Of a stretch of 64,000 bases of DNA, positions 1 through 11,571 are shown piece after piece. How positions within the stretch are numbered: position 1 is the first letter of the stretch; each line of letters starts with the position of its first letter. Below the pieces are notes generated by a model. The model saw only the letters and a list, made by a program, of their open reading frames with translations, made no database searches and was not told where the DNA came from. The stretch lies in contig NIVC01002163.1 in the NCBI GenBank assembly GCA_002269645.1, positions 1-64,000 of the forward strand, given 5' to 3'. The DNA comes from Macrostomum lignano. Taxonomy: Eukaryota. Made by a program: the position numbers and the translations under genes.

Positions 1-762
1 ATTGACTGTCAAGTTTTAGTTGAAAAATTTCAGCTCGAAATGGTTAATTGATTGGTCAATCAAAAAACAAAAAAATAGACGCAGCAAATAAAAATAAACC
101 TAAATGATTAAAGTTCAGTATCAATCAACAGGTGACTTCAAAGCAAAAACATGACATGACGTGTTAGCTTATTTGGTATATTTTTTGATTGAGTTTTTGC
201 ACTCTGTGTAAACAAATATTTAAATAAAAACTCAATTTTAATAAAAATCTTGTAAATTAAGAAATCTTTTTAAATACAAGAAATAAACAAATCTATATTT
301 TGATTCGGGAAAAGTGCCGCTATTTTATTAAATTTGCAGCAAATGCATGCTAAAAATTCAAACTTTCGCGCATTTTTTCGGATTTTGATCGTCCTAAGAT
401 TGTGCACGATAAAACTCAATTGGATGCAATGCAGTGTGCAAAATTTCCGGTTTTCCAAAAGAGTCTGTATAGTTAAAAAATTATGTTTGAAAAGAAATTT
501 TATTTAAGTAATTCATTGATTTGTCTATTGATTAAAATCTGTTTATTCCCGATTTAGGTTTCTTAGCACTACAATTTAATAGATATATTTTAGCTTGCTC
601 TGTGCATTTTCAATAGTTTAATTTAAACAAACTCCATCATTTTGAAAGTGTGCCGGAGACGCAAACTACGATATAAAAACCGCTCATTAAATAGCATTTT
701 AATTACAAGCATGTAGTTTAAAGCATCACTTTCACCAACTGCAACGCCGTTTCTGTTTGCAG

Positions 763-3592
763 AATCTGAGCCAAAACAGACTTACAGGCGGGCCTTCGCT
801 ACTCTGCACTCTGCGCTGAGCCAGGGTGCCTCGCTAGTGAGCATGAAGCTGAGCCGCTGCGCCTGGCTGACAGCGACGGAGCCCTGCTGGGCAGCTTTCT
901 CACGGTCTCTGGTGGGAGAAGACTGAGGGTCTTCTTTATCAATAAAGCAGGCATATATCATGTCAATAACCGTTCTTGAGGCCGCGGGTCAAGAGTGGGC
1001 GCAGTACAAGCCGGACAGCATAGGACGGAGAAGGCATCGAAAGTTTAGAAAGCAGTCACAGCTTGGGACACAGACAGAAGCAGTCACAGCTTGGGACACA
1101 GACAGAAGCAGTCACAGCTTGGGACACAGACAGAAGCAGGCACAGCTGGGACACAGAGGACACAGACAGAAACAGACACTGCTGGGACACAGACAGAAGC
1201 AGTCACAGCTTGGGACACAGAAACAGACACAGCTTGGGACACACAAACAAACACAGCTTGGGACACAGACAGTAAAAGACAGCTTGGGACACAGACAGAA
1301 ACAGACACTGCTGGGACACAGACAGAAGCAGGCACAGCTTGGGACATAGAAACAGACACAGCTTGGGACACAGAAACAGACACAGCTTGGGACACACAAA
1401 CAAACACAGCTTGGGACACAGACAGTAAAAGACAGCTTGGGACACAGACAGAAACAGACACTGCTGGGACACAGACAGAAGCAGTCACAGCTTGGGACAT
1501 AGAAACAGACACAGCTTGGGACACAGAAACAGACACAGCTTGGGACACACAAAAAAACACAGCTTGGGACACAGAAACAGACACAGCTTGGGACACAGAA
1601 ACAGACACAGCTTGGGACACAGAAACAGACACAGCTTGGGACACAGAAACAGACACAGCTTGGGACACAGACAGTAAAAGACAGCTTGGGACACAGACAG
1701 AAACAGACACAGCTTGGGACACAGACAGTAAAAGACAGCTTGGGACACAGACAGAAACAGACACAGCTTGGGACACAGACAGAAACAGACACAGCTTGGG
1801 ACACAGACAGAAACAGACACAGCTTGGGACACAGACAGAAACAGACAGCTTGAGACACAGAAGCAGACAAAATGAGACGTATCTCAGGCAAACAATCTAA
1901 CTGAACTAAAAGCAACATTGAAAGTTAGAAAGGATATTCTCTTTGAGGTTGTGCTGCAGCCTATCATCAGTGTAAATTGCATACTTCAATGCCCGCAGAG
2001 GGACAAGCACCTGGAGCACCTTGACATCAGCGGGAACAATTTGGGACCACAAACTGCCACCGCTTTGGCCCAAGCTCTGCGAGTGAACGCCTACCTGATT
2101 GACCTGGACCTGTCTTGGAACACCTTTAATAGCGCCTGCTTTGCCACCCTGGCCAGCGGATTGGCTGTGAGTGCGAGCGCACCTGAGATCAATGTCGGTC
2201 AACATCAAAGAAAACCAGTTAAATCAATAATTGATCAGGTGTTATCATAAAATAGATTTTTCATAAAGTAGCAGACAAAGTAAAGCGTGCGGCTGCTATT
2301 TAAATAAGGCGGCGGCAACATCAAAGGATTTAATAGCTTGTACATTAAAGGTGGAGTAGGGTGGCGGCCGTAAAATACACTGGTGAATCGTTTGCGCATT
2401 TCCTTCTGTCGATTGGGGAATAATTTCTTTGAGTGGAGAATTCCTTGAATTGGGAATTTTAGTGAGTGCATGGGGAATTCCGTGAATTGGGAATTTTAGT
2501 GAGTGCATGGGGAATTCCTTGAATTAGGAACTTTGGGATTGGGGAATTCCCTGAATTGAGAATTTTTGGCGAGTGGGGAATTCCTTGAATTGGGAATTAT
2601 GGTCAGTGGGGAATTGCGTGAATTAGGAACTTTGGGATTGGGGAATTCCCTGAATTGAGAATTTTTGGCGAGTGGGGAATTCCTTGAATTGGGAATTTTG
2701 GTCAGTGGGGAATTGCGTGAATTGGAAATTTTGGTTAGTGCAGAATTTCTTTTGAGCAGAGAAATTCTTCGATTGGGGAATTCCTCGAATTTGGAATTTC
2801 GGAGAGTGGGGAATTCCGGCAATTTGGATAATTTATCAGTCATTTTGCCCTCCCCCACACTCGACAGGCCAACTCGGAGCTGCGCCGGCTGAACTGCAGC
2901 TGTAACGGCGCCGAGGACCGCGGACTGGCGGCGCTGCTGAAGGCGGCAACCGCGGACGCCAGCCGGCTGCGCGTGCTGGAGCTGGACAACTGCCGCGTCA
3001 CTCACCTGAGCACGCCGGAGCTGCTGCAGTGCCTTCGCCGACAGCCCGGCCGACTGCACGCCGTCAAGCTGAACCGAAATCTGTTTAGGGAGGCCGACGT
3101 GCTGCAGCTGCTGGCTGCGGTGGCGGCGCTGCCCGAGTCACAGCTGGCCCTCCTGGAGGTCAATGTGAGTCAGTTTGAGACAGGCTCTCTCCGAGTGCCA
3201 GTCAGTCTGAGACAGGCTCTCTCTCCGAGTGCCAGTTAGTCTGAGACCGGCTCTTTTCGAGTGCCAGTCAGTCTGAGACCGGCTCTTTCCGAGTGCCAGT
3301 CAGTTTTAGACAGACTCTCTCTGAGTGCCAGTCAGTTTTAGACAGACTCTCTCTGAGTACCAGTCAGTTTGAGACAGGCTCTCTCTCCGAGTGCCAGTCA
3401 GTCTGAGACAGGCTCTCTCCGAGTGCCAGTCAGTTTGAAACGCCACATGCAATAACAAAATGACGAAATCTCCCTCAGAATGTGCCTCGAACCCAGTCCA
3501 TCACTGAAGCGACACCCGCTGGTCTGCGTGTGACTCTCCGTCTGGAGAAGGAGGTCAAAGTGCGGATGGTCAACGCGGACTCGCTCGCCTAG
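763..3592 (+). CDS. RNI-like leucine-rich repeat protein (LRRC74/NLRC3-like), 5'-incomplete, 4 visible exons
   Basis: Exons 763-~904, 1999-2166, 2868-3164 and 3479-3592 (TAG). Boundaries are AG/GT, although the exon-1 donor is uncertain. Peptides HLEHLDISGNNLG, LIDLDLSWN and LRVLELDNC show 28-aa RNI periodicity. Exon 1 needs two single-base insertions to keep the LRR register. Confidence 0.7.
1052..1865. repeat. Intronic minisatellite (CAGCTTGGGACACAGA-based, variable unit)
   Basis: Dozens of near-identical CAGCTTGGGACACAG units fill LRR intron 1 and explain the overlapping low-complexity ORFs. Confidence 0.95.
2420..2830. repeat. Intronic minisatellite (GAATTGGGAATT / GGGGAATTCC units)
   Basis: Repeated TGGGGAATTCC...GAATTGGGAATTTT units in LRR intron 2. 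Confidence 0.85.
3165..3440. repeat. Intronic ~32-bp minisatellite starting at the splice donor
   Basis: About 8 copies of GAGTGCCAGTCAGT(C/T)TGAGACAGGCTCTCTCC directly after the GTGAGT donor. Confidence 0.9.
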
Positions 3593-3691
3593 GACTTGCT
3601 GCTGTCAGTGCAGTGGAATAGCATTGTTGCAGTGGGATATTGGAGTGAGGTGGGTGTTAGAGTGGGGGTGTTGGAGTTGGGTAGGTGTTGG

Positions 3692-3994
3692 CAGGGGCGT
3701 CTCCATGGATTTTATGGTGGGGGGGGGACAAAGCCAAGAATTCAATATGTTCATGTACATACTCAATTCCTTTAACATTATTTTCAGAATCGGTGTTGTC
3801 AGCGCTTATTTTAGCGCCGCAGGCACTCATTTTGTTGCCGCAGGCGCTATGTTTTGTCATCCTGAAGCAAAGTTATTGATTTCCATAACTGGTCACAAGG
3901 TGGGGTAGGGGACAAAGCATTGGCATATCCCCCCGTACATAGCTTCTATGTGGGGGCCTTGTCCCCCTTGCCCCCCCTCTTGGCGACGACCCTG
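3692..3994. mobile_element. hAT-type MITE (~303 bp)
   Basis: Imperfect TIRs CAGGGGCGTCTCCA / CAGGGTCGTCGCCA (reverse complement). 8-bp direct repeat GGTGTTGG at 3684-3691 and 3995-4002. Inserted in a GGAGTGGGGTGGGTGTT repeat, so the TSD could partly reflect the host repeat. Confidence 0.75.
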
Positions 3995-5254
3995 GGTGTT
4001 GGAGTGGGGTGGGTGTTGGAGTTGGGCGGGTGTTGGAGTGGGGTGGGTATCGGAATGGGGTGGGTGTTAGAGTGGGGTGGGTGTTGGAGTTGGATGTCGG
4101 AATGGGGTGAGTGTTAGAGTGGGGTGGGTGTTGGAGTGGGGTGGGTGTCAGAATGGGGTGGGTGTTGGATAGGGGGTAGGTGTGGAGTGGCGGGGTTAAA
4201 AAGCTGATTAGACACAGTGCGGCGACACTCATATCCAGTGGAAGATTGATCATATTTTCTTTTACAAAATGAATTGCCATATATTCCCAAATTATGTTAC
4301 ATCTCTCATTCACTTTACATTTACTTTTAAATTTGCATTTTAAGAATTTTTTAAAACAAAAAATCACTAAATATTTTACACGAATGCCATATCTGTCACT
4401 AAAATTTAAAGTGATGTTTTAACATATTTTCTATTTATATTACTGGAAGTAACAAATAAAAAATCAATAAATATTGAACGCATTCAGATAAGCTGACGGA
4501 TGCGAATGATAACCGAGTTCAAAAACGAGTAAAAGAAACTATAAAGTACTGAAAAAAGCATTTTGTTGGAGTGCAACTACTTCTAGTAGCCAGGAACGGT
4601 TTTTTAAATAACTTAAACAATCTAAAAAGCACAGCCTCATTTAAACACTAAAAAATCGAATGATGGATTATTTTTTTCATTCATAACTACGCATACGGAA
4701 AACAGTCATGTCCCTTACTGCCTACTAACAGTATCACAAAGTATGAAATTTTAGGAAACAACGCCAGATAGAAATAAAGCAAGCAATTTACAACAAACTC
4801 TCTGCGCAAATAAGTCGCAAATTTGAGCAATGGGCTGAGAAATGAATGGATTTAGCAATCTACTACTGGCTATGCTGGGAGATTCGCATGATATGATAGG
4901 ATATTATCCGTTAATAATTCTGCCAAATAGCAGCATTCAGAGTAACTACATCAGTGCAATGGTCCAGCAGCTGTTTCGGAGCAAATTTGGCTGAAAATCG
5001 CAGACGCCGAATACGGAAAAGTAAAAAGCAGCGCTTTATTCTCTTTAGAATAAAAATAAAATTGCGATGCTTGATTACATCCGCTTCAAGACGAGTTTTT
5101 CAAGGCATTTACGGTAGGTCAGCTGGTAGGTCAGTGTCACCCAGTCAATGGCTGGCACAAAACCAGCTTGAAAATCAATAAAATATCGCAAGAAAACGTA
5201 ATAGCAACTGATTAATTAAGGTTCTCTGACTAACGGTGGCGGGTAACTCTGGCC

Positions 5255-8200
5255 TCATTGACTTCTGAGCTGATAGTCGCCATTCTGAGTGATGTAGCGA
5301 ACCCAAGGCAGCGCTTGGTAGCCGCTCTTCTCGAACACTTTCAGGTAGCGAACCTGGGGGGAGGGGTTAAAGGCAAGTTAAATTAAAAAATAAAGAATCC
5401 GAACTAATTAGAGTCATGCTTTTGCTAACCCAAGAGATTGATGCGATGTGACCTTGAGATCCAAGAGTGTGTGTGGCGTGACCTTGAATACGATGGGGTG
5501 GTGGCGTGACCTTGAGATCCGATGAGGTATGAGGTGGTGGCGTGACCTTGAATCCGATCGGGTGGTGGCGTGACCTTGAGATCCGATGAGGTATGAGGTG
5601 GTGGCGTGACCTTGAGATCCGATGGGGTGGTGGCGTGATCCGATGGGGTGGTGGCGTGATCCGATGGGTGGTGGCATGACCTTGAGATCCGATGGGGTGG
5701 TGGCATGACCTTGAGATTCGATGGGGTGGTGGCGTGATCCGATGGGGTGGTGGCATGACCTTGAGATCCGATGGGGTGGTGGCATGACCTTGAGATTTGA
5801 TGGGGTGGTGGCGTGACCTAGAGGTCCGAGAACTTAATGGCAAGGCCGTAAAAACTCCCCAGAAAACGGCCAAGAAATGGCGCACCTGAATCCCGGACAC
5901 GGTGAAGTAGGGAATCTCGAATCTGACCGAGACGGGTGGCCGGGCCTCCAGTTCATCGGTCTCAACGCTAGGCAGGCCGAAGTGCGCTCGCATGATGTGC
6001 TCCTTGCCGCCAGGGAAGGACTTGATGCTCCACACCACCGAGTTTGTCTCCGGCTCGTAGCGACAACTGCCGGCTGTGGTCTGGCGTGTGGGGAATGTGT
6101 ATTGATAGCAGATAGGAATGGTATAGGAGTGTAAGGAATGGGAAGAATGGGGACGGGAAGAATGAGGACGGGAAGAATGGGGATAGGAAGAATGAGGACG
6201 GGAAGAATGAGGACGGGAAGAATGGGGATAGGAAGAATGAGGACGGGAAGAATGGGGACGGGAAGAATGGGGACGGGAAGAATGGGGACGGGAAGAATGG
6301 GGACGGGAAGAATGGGGACGGGAAGAATGGGCACGGGAAGAATGGGGTCGGGAAGAATGGGGACGGGAAGAATGGGGATAGGAAGAATGAGGACGGGAAG
6401 AATGGGGACGGGAAGAATGGGGACGGGAAGAATGGGGTCGGGAAGAATGGGGACGGGAAGAATGGGGACGGGAAGAATGGGGACGGGAAGAATGAGGACG
6501 GGAAGAATGGGGACGGAAAGAATGAGGACGGGAAGAATGGGGACGGGAAGAATGAGGACGGGAAGAATGGGGATAGGAAGAATGAGGGTGGGAAGAATGG
6601 GGACGGGAAGAATGGGGACGGGAAGAATGGGCACGGGAAGAATGGGGTCGGGAAGAATGGGGACGGGAAGAATGGGGACGGGAAGAATGGGGACGGGAAG
6701 AATGAGGACGGGAAGAATGGGGACGGGAAGAATGAGGACGGGAAGAATGGGGATAGGAAGAATGAGGACGGGAAGAATGGGCACGGGAAGAATGGTGACG
6801 GGAAGAATGGGGTGGGAAGAATGGGGACGGGAAGAACGGGGACGGGAAGAATGGGGACGGGAAGAATGAGGACGGGAAGAATGGGGTCGGGAAGAATGGG
6901 CACGGGAAGAACGGGGACGGGAAGAATGGGGATAGGAAGAATGAGGACGGGAAGAATGGGGTCGGGAAGAATGGGGACGGGAAGAATGGGGATAGGAAGA
7001 ATGAGGACGGGAAGAATGGGGTGGGAAGAATGGGGACGGGAAGAATGGGGACGGGAAGAATGGGGACGGGAAGAATGGGGACGGGAAGAATGAGGACGGG
7101 AAGAATGGGGACGGGAAGAATGAGGACGGGAAGAATGGGGACGGGAAGAATGGGGACGGGAAGAATGGGCACGGGAAGAATGGGGTCGGGAAGAATGGGG
7201 ACGGGAAGAATGGGGACGGGAAGAATGGGGACGGGAAGAATGGGGATAGGAAGAATGAGGACGGGAAGAATGGGGATAGGAAGAATGAGGACGGGAAGAA
7301 TGGGGACGGGAAGAATGGGGATAGGAAGAATGAGGACGGGAAGAATGGGCACGGGAAGAATGGTGCCGGGAAGAATGGGGTGGGAAGAATGGGACGGGAA
7401 GAATGGGGACGGGAAGAATGGGGACGGGAAGAATGGGGACGGGAAGAATGAGGACGGGAAGAATGGGGACGGGAAGAATTTGGATGGGAAGAATGGGCAC
7501 GGGAAGAATGGGGACGGGAAGAATGGGGATAGGAAGAATGAGGACGGGAAGAATGAGGACGGGAAGAATGGGGACGGGAAGAATGGGGTCGGGAAGAACG
7601 GGGACGGGAAGAATGGGGTGGGAAGAATGGGGACGGGAAGAATGGGGACGGGAAGAATGGGGACGGGAAGAATGGGGATAGGAAGAATGAGGACGGGAAG
7701 AATGGGGACGGGAAGAATGGGGACGGGAAGAATGGGGTCGGGAAGAACGGGGACGGGAAGAATGGGGATAGGAAGAATGAGGACGGGAAGAATGAGGACG
7801 GGAAGAATGGGCACGGGAAGAATGGGGACGGGAAGAATGGGGATAGGAAGAATGGGGATAGGAAGAATGAGGACGGGAAGAATGGGGACGGGAAGAATGG
7901 GGACGGGAAGAATGGGGACGGGAAGAATGGGGATAGGAAGAATGAGGACGGGAAGAATGGGGACGGGAAGAATGGGGACGGGAAGAATGGGGACGGGAAG
8001 AATGGGGATAGGAAGAATGAGGACGGGAAGAATGGGGACGGGAAGAATTTGGATGGGAAGAATGGGCACGGGAAGAATGGGGATAGGAAGAATGAGGACG
8101 GGAAGAATGGGGACGGGAAGAATGGGGACGGGAAGAATGGGGACGGGAAGAATGGTGACGGGAAGAATGGGCACGGGAAGAATGGTGATGGGAATACTGG

Positions 8201-11200
8201 GAACCACATGCACGCAGTCACCTTGAACTTGGGCGAGTCCACATCCTGCGGCACGGGAACGATAATGTCGACATTGTTAGCCGTGCTGCGCCGCTTGAAC
8301 TGGCTCTTTGCCTGCAAATTTTCAGGGGATATTTTAATATATAGATTCTCAATGAGAGGTGATTAACTCTAAATAAAACAGGGAAGTAAGTTCTCTGACC
8401 TTGACCATATATTCAACCCGGCTGTGAACGTGCCGCTCCACAACTGACTCGACCCAAATAAGCGGCTTTACCTGAAGTTGAGGGGTAAAAATAATACAAT
8501 GGATAGTATTGCAGTTTTATTAAAGCCTTGCGCGTAAGTAATAATAGACTAATCTAGACGATACAGTATGTCGGTAACCAGCCAATATATTGCGGTTAGT
8601 TGTTACTGAACCTCCTACTGCATACTACTAATAAGTAGTTTACTAAATACCTGATTTCAGCCTTCTGTTGATAATTAGCTTGCTCTTAAAATATTCCAAG
8701 TTAAAGGTGATAGTAAAGCAGGAGTGCTAAAATTCTGCGACAGATATTACAGAAGCAGCTATTAATATTTCATAGTAAAATGACAGCTAGTGACAACCTG
8801 ACCCTTTTACGGACCCTTGGAGGGCTGGGATTCAGATTCCGAAGTGTTGGGATTCAGATTCCGAAGTGTTGGGATTCAGGTTCTGAAGGGCTGGGATTCA
8901 GATTCCGAAGTGCTGGGATTCAGGTTCTGAAGGGCTAGGATTCAGGTTCTGAAGTGTTGGGATTCAGGTTCTGAAGGGCTAGGATTCAGGTCTGAAGTGC
9001 TGGGATTCAGGTCTGAAGTGCTGGGATTCAGGTTCTGAAGGGCTAGGATTCAGGTTCTGAAGTGTTGGGATTCAGGTTCTGAAGGGCTAGGATTCAGGTC
9101 TGAAGTGCTGGGATTCAGGTTCTGAAGGGCTAGGATTCAGGTTCTGAAGTGTTGGGATTCAGGTTCTGAAGTGCTGGGATTCAGGTTCTGAAGTGCTGGG
9201 ATTCAGGTGCTGGGATTCAGGTGCTGGGATTCAGGTGCTGAAGGAATGGCATTCCTGAAGGACCGGAGCTGAGATTTCTGAAGGATCCGAGTCGTAGAAG
9301 ATAGGAGAGATAAATTCGACACAGTACGAAAGTAGGGCAAATAAAGCACAATAAAATCAAACCAAATATAATATAGAATTGCTAAGCAGCCATGCATCTA
9401 GAAAGAAATAACTGTGTCAGCTTGGCGGCAGTGGTAACGAAAACAACACGGACAGCGATAGTAACTGACAAGCTTACAGCGTTTCCATAAAATACGTGAT
9501 GCGAGCCCTGCACCGAAGGGATATTTTTTAGTTTTTATCATTCCTTTAGACTGGGATTCTGTAAACATGTTTATAACAATAGGAGACAATCGCACCGTCA
9601 CCTCAGCGTGGCTAAGCCAGTGGGTAAAACACACGCACGCTCACACAGAGTGTACAGCACCTTTTGACTTTCCAATCGCCAGGCATGTACACTCTGTACA
9701 GGCAAGTTAAGCAGCTTGCTAGTCGAGTAGCAGCCCCACTCCCAGACTGAGTGATCAACCTCTGCTCACGAAGGTGGTGAGCTCAGATTCTGATCCGCGG
9801 ACTACTCACGTGGGTGTTGAGCCGGTAGGACATGAGCTCGAACTCGCCATCCGGGGGCACGAATGAAATTGTCCGGTCCGATTCGAAGCGGGACAGGCGG
9901 ACGCACTGGTGAAATTTGACGTCCTCCAGCTCCACGGACTTGTTGCGGCCTCCTGGGGCGGATTGGGGGCAAGGCGGGGTTAGCTGCGGCTGTTACTGGC
10001 AGGACTCGTTGCGGATATAATGTGCCGGCAAAAACAGAGTTAATAGGGATAATGCCCGATCACAGAGTCTGGGCTTGAGAGAGAGTGGGACAATGCCCGA
10101 TCACAGAGCCTGGGGTTGAGAGAGAGAGAGGGGGGCAATGCCGATCAGAGAGTCTAAAGCTGAGAGAGAGAGAGAGAGCTAGAGAGAGAGAGAGAGAGAG
10201 AGTAGGACAATGCCCGATCACAATCCGTAGTTAAATTTCAACAATCTATACCGGAAAAACAAGCTTAAAAGGTTCAGATGGACTCGAAACTCCGCGCTCG
10301 AATGCTTACTTCCTGTGGACTCGAACAGCACTTTATCGTTGAGGCCCAACTGCAGTTCGGGCATACCGCTCAGGTAGGTGCGCAAATTAATGAAGCCATT
10401 AATTTCGCTTTGCAGCACGTTGCCGGACGCGCTGACAAGCAGGTTGACATTCTCGATGACGTCGAGGAAAACTTCATTTTTGCGATACTTGATACCGTCG
10501 GGGCGCCAGGACACCTGAGGTTGCGCGGGTTGGGGTGGGCGAGGCGGGTCTGTCAGGTATTTGCTATTGCGCAGATTAAGGGTGTAATTAGCAAGGGTTC
10601 AGCTATTCAGCTGTATTTGCTAGCCTTTCAAGGCAACAGCCGTCCCACAGATAGCAAGGAGGCCTGTAGTCATGCCCCGAGTACCTGCGTGCAGTCGTGT
10701 TACGTAGGACGCAGGTGCACACTCACACAAGGATGTACAGCGGCTCTGACTTTCTATACTGTGCTTCGAGGGAGGGAGGAGGGCTATTGGACGGAATAGT
10801 AGTCACGTGACTGCTCTCAGCCAGGGTTGGTCCTTACAGTAGCATGCTTGGACGCAACCTAGGGATTCACCCGGCCGTTTCTATTGACAACACACACATG
10901 TAAGTCGCTATTGGCTGAGAGCAGTCACGTGACTACTATTCCGTCCAATAGCGACTTACATGTGTGTGTTGTCAATAGAAACGGCCGAGTGATTCCCAAG
11001 GTTGCGCATGATTTCAAATCGCAAGACTTAAGCTCATGAGAATCTATGCAAGTTGAGGTGTTTAAGACAATTTGATGCCAAAAGTAGTTGGAATAGAAAC
11101 TGTCACCTGATTAGTGACGGCCGGGGGAGGCTTTGGCGCCACCTCCAGCTTGTGGCACTCCTGCGTGATGTACTCCTGCAGGATGCGGGTATCTGTAGTC

Positions 11201-11571
11201 TGTGGGAACCCGAAATCAATCACCTCGTCTAGCAGCTCGTAGATAATAACAAAATTGTCTCTAATACTCTCCTCCTCGAGATCTTTGAAGTATTCGATGA
11301 ATATTGATGCGACCTTGTGCAGGAAAGTGAATACTAAACTTGCGTTGGAATTCTTTCTTGTAGTGGCCACGATGTACACATTGCTGTGCTTGATGTACAA
11401 AAAGTAGACCTCTTCGCAGGGCAGTATCGGCTGCAGGGTGCCATCTTCTTCGCGTTCCATCAGCAATGGCATGAACTTCTCAATGATAGACATGGGAACA
11501 TCGCCGCGATAGTTACGACTAATTAATACTTTGCCTTTGATGTCTAGGAAGTAAATAGCTGAGGCAGACAT
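5255..11571 (-). CDS. AP1M1: AP-1 adaptor complex subunit mu-1, 7 exons, 422 aa
   Basis: Exons 11571-11107, 10514-10310, 9952-9810, 8471-8400, 8311-8222, 6080-5886 and 5353-5255 total 1269 nt, all GT-AG and phase-consistent. Diagnostic peptides: MSASAIYFLDIKGKVLISRNYRGD, VSWRPDGIKYRKNEVFLD, VKFHQCVRL, YFTVSGIQVRYLKVFEKSGYQALPWVRY. Confidence 0.97.
5446..5820. repeat. Intronic minisatellite (GATGGGGTGGTGGCGTGACCTTGAGATCC)
   Basis: About 14 variable units in AP1M intron 6. Confidence 0.9.
6138..8190. repeat. 15-bp minisatellite GGGAAGAATGGGGAC, about 135 copies
   Basis: Fills almost all of AP1M intron 5 (6081-8221). Source of the spurious 400-950 aa ORFs. Confidence 0.98.
8826..9290. repeat. 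~22-bp minisatellite GGGATTCAGGTTCTGAAGTGCT
   Basis: About 20 copies in AP1M intron 3. Confidence 0.92.
10060..10222. repeat. (AG)n microsatellite interspersed with four AATGCCCGATCA-like units
   Basis: Directly visible in AP1M intron 2. Confidence 0.85.
10783..11006. repeat. Nested inverted repeats carrying two GTCACGTGAC palindromes
   Basis: 10783-10823 is the reverse complement of 10912-10952. 10853-10914 is nearly the reverse complement of 10945-11006. Confidence 0.9.
10924..10955. promoter_or_regulatory. Candidate E-box/CLEAR + CCAAT composite element in AP1M intron 1 (second copy inverted at 10783-10811)
   Basis: GTCACGTGAC-TACTATTCCGT-CCAATAGCGAC. Same motifs and 11-nt spacing as upstream of ZFYVE1. 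Confidence 0.5.

Noticed and set aside
960-1918. Multiple overlapping ORFs up to 269 aa on both strands
   Set aside because: They are translations of an intronic minisatellite lying between in-phase LRR exons.
5367-8317. 948, 827, 510 and 401 aa ORFs (PILPV / PHSSR / GRMGT repeats)
   Set aside because: They are products of the 15-bp array in AP1M intron 5. Only the embedded exons 8311-8222 and 6080-5886 are real.
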